Below are positions 57,107-64,000 of a DNA stretch of 64,000 bases, piece after piece. The position numbers and the translations under genes were made by a program. Positions within the stretch are counted from its first letter, which is position 1, and every line of letters begins with the position of its first letter. The stretch comes from a bacterium (GTDB lineage: Bacteria > UBA8248): the NCBI GenBank assembly GCA_965261085.1, contig OZ253442.1, forward strand, positions 3,904,001 through 3,968,000, given 5' to 3'. Below the pieces are notes generated by a model. The model saw only the letters and a program-made list of their open reading frames with translations. It searched no databases and was not told where the DNA came from.

Positions 57107-58069
57107 TCAAACAAAGTAAGCGAACATGAGCGTCAGGTAGCACCCGTATCCCGTAAGAAGAACGAGCCCCGCCCTGCGCCCCATGCCGCGCTTCCATAGG
57201 GCGAGAAGCAAAAACATAAGCATCAGTAAAAGCATGAACGGGAAATCCAGAACGAACGATTGCCGCTCGATACCCAAGGGAGTAATGAGGGACGCGCCGC
57301 CGAGAACCCATGCGATGTTCAAAACGTTTGCCCCCATTACATTGCCCACCGCCATATCTCCATGCCCCTGTAAAGAAGCGGAAACCGCCGTAATCAATTC
57401 AGGCAGCGAGGTGCCGACGGCCACGAGCGTAAGGCCGATAACCAGTTCGGGAACTCCCATGGCGCGGGCCAGATGCACAGCGTTCTGAACGAGCAGCACG
57501 CTACCAAGAACGACTGCTATTGATCCTGCGATGAACCGCAGTCCGATATGTTGCTTTTCCCGGTCCATCATCGCGCTACCGAAATCGAAATCCGCCCATG
57601 TTCCCCGCTTCATACTGAACCACAGAAAAACAGGAACCAAGGCGAACAAGGCCACGCCTTCCACCCGGTCGATTTTCCCATCCCAGCTCAGGAGAAGGAT
57701 CAACACGCCCAGCCCCAGCATGAAGAGTCCTTTCCGCAGGACGTCTTCTTTGGCCAGAGACACGGGCTCGATCAGGAACGCCACCGCCAGAATGAGCCCG
57801 ATGTTGCAGATGGTGGAGCCGATCGCGTTGCCGACGGACGTGGCCGGATGCTCCAGCCAGGCCGCGATGACGGAGACGCAGAATTCGGGTGCCGTCGTCG
57901 CCAGGCTCACCAGGGTGGCGCCGACGATTACTTTGGGAACCCCCGTGATTTCGGCGACCCCCACCGCGCCGTCTGTGAACCAGTCCGCCCCCTTCGTGAT
58001 AATGAGGAGGCTCACAGAGAAGAAAATGAAATTCATCCAGATGGGAAAACTCGCGAAATATGCTTCCAT
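57107..58069 (-). CDS. Calcium/sodium antiporter (YrbG family)
   Basis: Two alpha repeats ATTAPE/GNAIGS and GTSLPE/GNVMGAN. Confidence 0.92.
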   Translation of the reverse strand: MEAYFASFPIWMNFIFFSVSLLIITKGADWFTDGAVGVAEITGVPKVIVGATLVSLATTAPEFCVSVIAAWLEHPATSVGNAIGSTICNIGLILAVAFLIEPVSLAKEDVLRKGLFMLGLGVLILLLSWDGKIDRVEGVALFALVPVFLWFSMKRGTWADFDFGSAMMDREKQHIGLRFIAGSIAVVLGSVLLVQNAVHLARAMGVPELVIGLTLVAVGTSLPELITAVSASLQGHGDMAVGNVMGANVLNIAWVLGGASLITPLGIERQSFVLDFPFMLLLMLMFLLLALWKRGMGRRAGLVLLTGYGCYLTLMFAYFV

Positions 58070-58120
58070 GCTCGAGAAGCGTCCTTTATATGGCGCCGGC
58101 TCCGAATCGCAGGAGAGCGG

Positions 58121-58912
58121 TCACTTGCCCTGGAAACTGGGTTTTCGTTTCTCCAGAAAAGCGGAAATTCCTTCCTGAAAATCCAGGCTGGCGACCGTCT
58201 CGGCCTGCGCGCCCGCTTCTGCGCGAAGCGCCGTCGCCACGTCGAGGCCGCCTGACCCGCGAATCAGCTTCTTCGCCGCGCGAAGCGCAATCGAGGGACC
58301 CTCGGCGAGTCTTCGCCCAAGGGCGGTCGCTTCTTCCATGAGCGCGTCATCGGGATGAACCGAGCGAACCAGGCCGATTGCGAGCGCCGCCTCCGCGTCG
58401 ATGATCTCACCCGTCAATATCAACTCCAGTGCTTTCGCGCTGCCCACCACGCGGGGCAGGAAAAACGTGCCCCCGCAATCGGGTACCAGTCCGACCCGGG
58501 AGTACACCTGCCCGAACGACGCGCACGCGCCCGCCAGGCGGATGTCGCAGGCCAAAGCGATATCACATCCTGCGCCCACGGCGAAACCATGGACGGCCGC
58601 TATCGTCGGGCAGCGGACCTCATGGAGTCTCGCCAGGGATTTCTGATAGTCCGGCCAGAGGAATTCCTCCATCCGCTCGCCCGCCTGGATGCGCGCCTCG
58701 ATTTCCTTCAAGTCTCCGCCGGCGGAGAAAGCCCGCCCCGCGCCGCTTAAGACCATCGCGCGAATGTCGGGCTCGTTGCACCGCTCGCACACCTCGAATA
58801 AGTCTTGCGCCATTTGACGGTCGAGCGCATTGAGCGCTTCAGGGCGATTGAGCCGAACGAGGGCCAAACCGCCTTCTTCCTCGAAATCGATGGTCTCCCA
58901 CGCCATGATCAT
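58121..58912 (-). CDS. Enoyl-CoA hydratase/isomerase family
   Basis: LNRPEALNA, AFSAGGDL, GLVPD.GG, EGI.AFLEKRKP. Confidence 0.92.
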   Translation of the reverse strand: MIMAWETIDFEEEGGLALVRLNRPEALNALDRQMAQDLFEVCERCNEPDIRAMVLSGAGRAFSAGGDLKEIEARIQAGERMEEFLWPDYQKSLARLHEVRCPTIAAVHGFAVGAGCDIALACDIRLAGACASFGQVYSRVGLVPDCGGTFFLPRVVGSAKALELILTGEIIDAEAALAIGLVRSVHPDDALMEEATALGRRLAEGPSIALRAAKKLIRGSGGLDVATALRAEAGAQAETVASLDFQEGISAFLEKRKPSFQGK

Positions 58913-59112
58913 ATTCTCCCGTAATCACTATTGCCGATTGGTGTGGAAAAAGATTTTGCTTTTCCTTACAATATGGCATATCTTCCGAAGTTGGAAGGAA
59001 GACAATTGCTACGATCCGGGAAGTACACCGGATATAGTCCCGTTTGGTGCGGCCATCGCCCACCGGATTCCCGTATAGCTGCGAGCGCAGGAACTTGATT
59101 GAGGGGTGCAAA

Positions 59113-59736
59113 GTGGAATCGCCGGACACAGTCATCAAGATATATGATCGCTGGGGGAAATTCTACGACCTCGTCTTCAAGGACGTGTTCCACGAAGGCA
59201 GAAACGTCTGCGTCGACATGCTCGACATGCAACCGGGCGAAAAACTGCTCGAAGTGGGCGTGGGCACCGGGCTTTCCCTGCCGCTCTATCCGTCGACTGC
59301 CGAGATCATCGCCATCGACATTTCTTCGAAAATGCTGGAGAAGGCGAAAGAGAAGGTCGAGAAGATGGGCCTTCATAACGTCGAACTCTCCGTGATGGAC
59401 GCGCAGAATATGGCGTATGTGGACAACACCTTCGACTGCGTCACCGCCTGCTACGTGGTGAGCGCAGCCCCCGACCCGCACAAGGTCGTTTCGGAAATCT
59501 GCCGTGTATGCAAGCCGGGCGGGCGCGTCGTCTTCATCAATCATTTCAAAAGCCAGAAATTCCTGCTGGCCAAGTTCGAAGAGCTCATCAACGGCGTCTG
59601 CAAGAAATTCGGCTGGGAGACCACCCTGGACCTGGAAACCCTGCTCGAAGCGAACAACCTGATCCTCGAACGGCAGGAGCGTGTGAACATCTTTGACTAC
59701 TGGCGCGCGGTACTTTGCAGAAATCCCGATAAATAA
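59113..59736 (+). CDS. Class I SAM methyltransferase (PmtA-like phospholipid N-methyltransferase)
   Basis: Y.RW..YD.VF, LEVGVGTG.SL, MDAQ, KPGG...INHF; GTG start follows GAGGGG. Confidence 0.8.
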   Translation: MESPDTVIKIYDRWGKFYDLVFKDVFHEGRNVCVDMLDMQPGEKLLEVGVGTGLSLPLYPSTAEIIAIDISSKMLEKAKEKVEKMGLHNVELSVMDAQNMAYVDNTFDCVTACYVVSAAPDPHKVVSEICRVCKPGGRVVFINHFKSQKFLLAKFEELINGVCKKFGWETTLDLETLLEANNLILERQERVNIFDYWRAVLCRNPDK

Positions 59737-59799
59737 CGTCATTGGCCGCGTCCCGACCATCCCGACACGCCGCGTATCCGCCCGCGCATCTCTCCTGAG

Positions 59800-60708
59800 A
59801 TGAACCTCGGCCCGAACGCCTACGGCGTGCTGTTTGCTTCGGTAACCGCGGTTTCCTGGGCGGTGTTCACCTATTTCATCAAACGGGCGCTCACGGGCGC
59901 CCCCGTCCTCAAGGTCACCGCCGCCATGACAACCATAAACGCGGCGCTCGTGACGCTCATCGCCGTCTTCTTCATCTCGGTCGAGGATTTTTGGGGCGTC
60001 ACCGCGACCACCCTGACCTTCGCCTTCCTGGCGGGTTTTTTCCACATCGGAATATCGCGCTCGTTTTTCTATCGCGCCATCCACCGCATCGGCCCGAACC
60101 GCTCCATACCCATCGCGCTGACGTATCCCGTCATCACGGCGTTCGGGGCGTCCTTCATGCTGGGGGAGAAGCCGACGCTCTCCATCATCGCAGGTCTCCT
60201 GATTCTCCTGGGCGGCATCACGCTCATCGTTCAGGCCGAACCATCCCAATCGGCGGAATCGGACATTCACGGCGCGAGATGGAAGATGTTCGGCTGGATT
60301 TCCGCAGGCGTCACGGCGCTTCTGTGGGGCATATCCGCCGTGTTCTTCAAGAAAGCGTCCTTACACCTCCATCCACTCGCCACCGCTTCCGTCGCGCTCT
60401 GGGTGGGAGCCGCCACGGCTTTTCTCCTGGTGTTGTTCGATAAAGGCGAGGAATCGCGAGGCGCCATTCCCTCTTCCGCGTGGAGATGGATTTTCGCCGC
60501 AGGCGTATGCCAGGCGGTAGCCGTGCCGTTTTATAATTTCGCGTTCATCCACACGATGGCCGTCCGCGTCACCGCCATCGTCTCCGCCCAGCCGCTCATC
60601 GTCTTGCTGCTCGGCTGGCTCTTCTTGCGCGAGACGGAAAACATCACACCCCGGCTCGTCCTGGGCGCGCTCCTCACCGTGGCGGGCACCATCGTCGTCA
60701 TCACGTAA
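59800..60708 (+). CDS. DMT/EamA transporter
   Basis: About 10 TM helices in two repeats, LGEKP and FLRE motifs. Confidence 0.85.
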   Translation: MNLGPNAYGVLFASVTAVSWAVFTYFIKRALTGAPVLKVTAAMTTINAALVTLIAVFFISVEDFWGVTATTLTFAFLAGFFHIGISRSFFYRAIHRIGPNRSIPIALTYPVITAFGASFMLGEKPTLSIIAGLLILLGGITLIVQAEPSQSAESDIHGARWKMFGWISAGVTALLWGISAVFFKKASLHLHPLATASVALWVGAATAFLLVLFDKGEESRGAIPSSAWRWIFAAGVCQAVAVPFYNFAFIHTMAVRVTAIVSAQPLIVLLLGWLFLRETENITPRLVLGALLTVAGTIVVIT

Positions 60709-60806
60709 AATCCGTCGTCCCATTTTCCCTCCCCTCGCCGGGGTGCTACCCTTAGTCTGCGATCATCAGAAATTTTTCAGACCTCATCATAAAAAGGAGA
60801 ACGCCC

Positions 60807-61283
60807 ATGGGCGAAGTCATTCACGTCACCAAGGCCCGCATCGTCAAGGAACCGGGCAAGGGAATGAAGACGGCCTATCTCGACGCATTCCCTGATGATC
60901 CGATTCCCTACGGCATCCACGGGGGCATCAAGAACTTCTACAAGGCCGAACCCGAAGTGGAGCGGCCCGCCACGCTGGATCACCTGGCCGCCGCGGTCGC
61001 CGGCTGACTGACGGGCAACATGGGAGGCGCGCTGGATGCGCGCGGGATAAAGAGCAGCCCCGATAACCTGGTGGCGGAAGTGGAAGGCATCATCGAGAAC
61101 GTGGACGGCATCGCCCTGGTCACCAAGATCAAGGTTCATTACAAGTGCAGAATCCCCAAGGGAAAGCGAGAAGACGCCGAGCGCGCCCTCGCCGTGCACG
61201 AGAAAGGCTGCCCGGCCAGCCAGAGCGTGCAGAGGGGAATAGCCGTCGAATACACGGCCGAGTTCGAGGAAGTCGACGAATAA
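60807..61283 (+). CDS. OsmC-family protein with in-frame UGA (probable selenocysteine)
   Basis: ORFs 60807-61007 and 61020-61283 share one frame: ...LAAAVAG-U-LTGNMGG...KGCPASQS; SECIS-like hairpin follows; RBS AAAGGAG. Confidence 0.82.
61027..61043 (+). promoter_or_regulatory. Candidate bacterial SECIS hairpin
   Basis: GCGCGC-UGGAU-GCGCGC; loop begins 25 nt after the UGA with G at its second position. Confidence 0.55.
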
Positions 61284-61305
61284 GTAAAGTATCGATGTGA
61301 ACATG

Positions 61306-61349
61306 CAAGAAACCCCGGGAGCGCGAGACGTTCCCGGGGTTTCTTGTTT
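61306..61349 (+). terminator. Intrinsic terminator after the OsmC-family gene
   Basis: CAAGAAACCCCGGGA / TCCCGGGGTTTCTTG 15-bp stem, T-rich 3' side. Confidence 0.75.
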
Positions 61350-61446
61350 GTCGCGAACGGGACTGTGGGTTACACAGAACCGCCATTGTTCGTGGGGTTT
61401 GATGCCGGAATGACGGACAAAAACGATAATCCGTTATCCACCATCG

Positions 61447-61515
61447 GTAGGGGACGCATATATGCGTCCCTGCCTTTCTCCCACAAAACAAGGGTCGCAT
61501 ATATGCGACCCCTAC
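61447..61515. repeat. Inverted pair of GTAG-type REP sequences (REPIN-like)
   Basis: GTAGGGGACGCATATATGCGTCCCT (61447-61471) and inverted GTAGGGGTCGCATATATGCGACCCT (61491-61515). Confidence 0.75.
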
Positions 61516-61677
61516 ACAGAGAGGCGCAGGCTACTCACCTCAAAGGATCAATCCCGACCTCTACGAAGGCAATGGTGAGTGGGACCGAGTTCGAAGAAGC
61601 GGCGGACAGATGACCCGGGGGATTACCCGCGAAACTCCGGGAAGCGAGGTTCATGGGAGTTTCGACGGGGGGTTTTC

Positions 61678-63507
61678 CTACACGAACAAGAGCCCGTATC
61701 GATACCGCCTGTCGATCCACCAGGCCATGCACAGGGAGAACCCGACCAGGAGCGCAAGCCCGCCCGCTTGCTCCCAGGTGCCTACCAGCAGCGCGCCCAA
61801 GAGGAACATCAAGGCGAAAACGAACACGCTTATAGCCAGCCAGATGCCCGCAAGCGCGAATACGGGCGCCGAACGCGCATCCTGTCCGCGTATCGGGCCC
61901 CATGCCCCCGGTGGGCGCACTCTGGTCCAGAAATTTCTCAATACGTCTGCGCGCGCGGGCTTCGTGGTGAAAGTAGCGATCAGCATCACCAGAAAGCCGA
62001 CGCCCACCTCCGCAGCCAGCAATACGGGAAACGAGGGCGGCTTATCGCCCAGGTGGAGATAAGCGGCCGTGGCGCCTGCGGCCAGCATTCCTGAAATCTC
62101 CGTCCAGGCGTTCGTCCGCCACCACAGCCAGCGCAGGAGCACCGGAAGGCCGAGGCCGGCGCCCAAGGATATGTTGAACTTCCACGCCCACTCGATGCTG
62201 CTCATCTGCGCCGCCACGGCAAACGCGCAGAGCGACATGGCCAGAACGCCGAGGCGGCCGACCAGGACGACTTCGCGCGCTCCCGCTTTTTTCCGGATGA
62301 AGCGCGCATACACGTCGTTCACCAGATAACTCATCCCCCAGTTGAGATGGGTATCCACCGTGCTCATGAACGCGCCCAGAAGACCCACCATCACCAGACC
62401 GAGAACCCCCGCCGGCAGGAGGCGCCCCATCAGGAGGGGATACGCCGTCTCCCGGTCGGCCAGGATTTTCGCCTCCATCGTGCCGGGGAGGGCGTCCATG
62501 CCCTTGGGCACCAGAATCAGGCTCACCAGGCCGATGAGTATCCAGGGCCAGGGCCTCAGGACGTAGTTTCCCACCGTGAAGAGAAAAGCGCCCGCCTGGG
62601 CGTCCCTGGGCGTGCGCGCCGCGCACAGCCTCTGGCCGATGTAGCCACCGCCGTCGGCGTTGTTGTGCGCCCACCAGACCACGAACAGGTAGATGAGGAT
62701 CACCTGCGCCCCCGCCCATCCCGCGCCCTCGGGCGGGAGGAAGGAGAGGATATCCGCCGCGCCTTTCGCGCCGTATATCTCGCCCAGCTTCGCACTCATG
62801 CCCGACAGCCCGCCCACGGCTTCCACGGCGTACCAGGCGAACAGGCAACTGCCGGTCATCGCGATGACGAACTGGAAGAGATCGGTGAGAATCACCCCGC
62901 GGATTCCGCCTGCGCTTGCGTAAAGCGCAATCATCAAGACGAGCAGGGCGACAGTTACGCTCTCGTTCACGCTCCCCATCGTAAGGGCGGCGGGCCAGTT
63001 CCCCTCGATGGCCGCCCACAGGCCTGCGGGCAGAACCTCCTCCCATCTGAGGAAAGGCTCGGCAATCTTCGCCATGGCGCGGAACACCCAGCCCAGGACG
63101 ATTAGGTTCACGATGAGCGAGGAATAGATGGCCTTGAAGCCCCGCAGGAACGCGCCCGGACCCCTGCCGTAGCGCAGTTCGATGAGTTCGGCGTCCGTCA
63201 CCACGCCCGCGCGCCGCCACAGGGGTGCGAAAAAGACCGCGACGCCCACGTTGCCGATGACCCACGCCCACCAGAACCAGTTTCCCGAAATACCGCGCTT
63301 GGCGACGATGCCGGCCACGACGAGAGGGGTGTCGGAGGCGAACGTGGTCGCCACCATCGAGATGCCTATCCACCACCAGGGCAGGCTGCGCCCGGCCACG
63401 AAGTAGGAAGCCAGGCTCATCGACGCCGAGCGTGAGGTCAACGCGCCTACGAGCAGAGCGAACGCGATGTAGCCGAGGATGAGCGACCAGTCCAGAGTCG
63501 AGAGCAT
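61678..63507 (-). CDS. Sodium:solute symporter family protein
   Basis: YFVAGRSLPWW, SMVATTFASDTP, TDLFQF, QRL.AA, AFMST.DT.LNWG. Confidence 0.92.
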   Translation of the reverse strand: MLSTLDWSLILGYIAFALLVGALTSRSASMSLASYFVAGRSLPWWWIGISMVATTFASDTPLVVAGIVAKRGISGNWFWWAWVIGNVGVAVFFAPLWRRAGVVTDAELIELRYGRGPGAFLRGFKAIYSSLIVNLIVLGWVFRAMAKIAEPFLRWEEVLPAGLWAAIEGNWPAALTMGSVNESVTVALLVLMIALYASAGGIRGVILTDLFQFVIAMTGSCLFAWYAVEAVGGLSGMSAKLGEIYGAKGAADILSFLPPEGAGWAGAQVILIYLFVVWWAHNNADGGGYIGQRLCAARTPRDAQAGAFLFTVGNYVLRPWPWILIGLVSLILVPKGMDALPGTMEAKILADRETAYPLLMGRLLPAGVLGLVMVGLLGAFMSTVDTHLNWGMSYLVNDVYARFIRKKAGAREVVLVGRLGVLAMSLCAFAVAAQMSSIEWAWKFNISLGAGLGLPVLLRWLWWRTNAWTEISGMLAAGATAAYLHLGDKPPSFPVLLAAEVGVGFLVMLIATFTTKPARADVLRNFWTRVRPPGAWGPIRGQDARSAPVFALAGIWLAISVFVFALMFLLGALLVGTWEQAGGLALLVGFSLCMAWWIDRRYRYGLLFV

Positions 63508-63595
63508 GGCGCATTTCTCTACGAATGGGCGAGCTTCGGGCGCATCCTACAAGGAAAAGAAGATGCGATACAGCAAGCCCTACGTCTCACGACGC

Positions 63596-63626
63596 AAAAA
63601 CGCCCCGCAGCGCGTGCGGGGCGTTT
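63596..63626 (-). terminator. Intrinsic terminator downstream of the molybdoenzyme remnant
   Basis: AAACGCCCCGCA / TGCGGGGCGTTT stem with a U-tract on the minus strand. Confidence 0.7.
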
Positions 63627-63660
63627 CTGGCGAGGAGAATCTTGTGCTCGGTATGTTCGT

Positions 63661-63747
63661 CTAGGCCTGATCTCCGTTGGTGCGCAGGCGGCCAAGGACC
63701 TCCATGACGTGATCCGGCGTGATGGGGATGCGCGTGATGCGCGCGCC
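63661..63747 (-). pseudogene. 3' remnant of a xanthine dehydrogenase/CoxL-family molybdopterin subunit
   Basis: Hand translation GARITRIPITPDHVMEVLGRLRTNGDQA* fits the family's G.RI..LP.TP..V C-terminus; upstream part replaced by repeat and IS. Confidence 0.6.
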
Positions 63748-63764
63748 TCTTGAGAGCTTGAATT

Positions 63765-63846
63765 CACTCCCCCCTTGAGGGGGAGTCAGTGAGGTAAGGG
63801 CGCAAGCCCGTAAGCGAACTGGTGGGGGGGCAATTCCGAGCGAGGA
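63765..63846 (+). repeat. Structured 82-bp REP-like repeat, copy 2
   Basis: Gap-free alignment with 3183-3264. Confidence 0.85.
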
Positions 63847-64000
63847 GGGGTTGTTGAAAAACCCCTGACTCTATGATTGGATGTATGGATATTACGCGCC
63901 CGAGATGGGGAGGTCCCGAGATGTTGGGACGCAAGAACCGCGCCCAGATGGATTTGTTCATCACCGGATCGCTGGAGAGGTTGATTCCCGAAGATCACAT
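63847..64000 (+). mobile_element. IS1182-family insertion sequence, 5' part (cut by window end)
   Basis: Left IR GGGGTTGTTGAAAAACCCC followed by a transposase start. Confidence 0.85.
63921..64000 (+). CDS. IS1182-family transposase N-terminus (partial, not in ORF track)
   Basis: RBS GGGAGG; MLGRKNRAQMDLFITGSLERLIPEDH fits the L..LIP.DH start of IS1182 transposases. Confidence 0.82.
   Translation, partial: MLGRKNRAQMDLFITGSLERLIPEDH

Noticed and set aside
61005-61007. UGA-to-Trp genetic code or a simple nonsense pseudogene
   Set aside because: TGA ends many genes here and the tRNA-Trp anticodon is CCA. The catalytic position and downstream hairpin favour Sec, though a nonsense mutation is not fully excluded.
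45547-63514. Long alternative ORFs 45547-46980, 46707-47882, 58966-60270, 60777-61304 and 62042-63514
   Set aside because: They overlap well-supported genes antisense or out of frame and lack family motifs.

Overview
High-GC bacterial chromosome segment with an IS1182-family element cut by each window edge (3' part at 1-869, 5' part at 63847-64000). From left to right: (1) 989-9132, a catabolic cluster with an enolase-superfamily enzyme, an HMG-CoA-lyase-family enzyme, a four-gene Na+-pumping methylmalonyl-CoA-type decarboxylase, a class III CoA-transferase and a GntR regulator, interrupted by a repeat/MITE patch. (2) ald and a PaaI thioesterase. (3) An uninterrupted ~34 kb minus-strand core block: tRNA Thr/Tyr/Gly/Thr, tuf, tRNA-Trp, secE, nusG, rplKAJL, rpoBC, and the str, S10, spc and alpha operons. 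(4) An AT-richer PD-(D/E)xK nuclease gene coupled to rlmB, then cysS, ispF, ispD, a PIN/TRAM protein and moaC. (5) An AT-richer IetAS-like AAA-ATPase/S8-protease island. (6) dcd, preceded by NrdR-like and phased DnaA-like boxes. (7) PPIase, transporter and metabolic genes. The two most notable observations are an OsmC-family selenoprotein hidden as two ORFs (in-frame UGA at the catalytic position plus a SECIS-like hairpin), and three IS1182-type insertions, one a 192-bp MITE with a 5-bp target duplication, sitting in the same orientation at equivalent positions of one structured repeat family. All calls were made by eye; no database searches were run.
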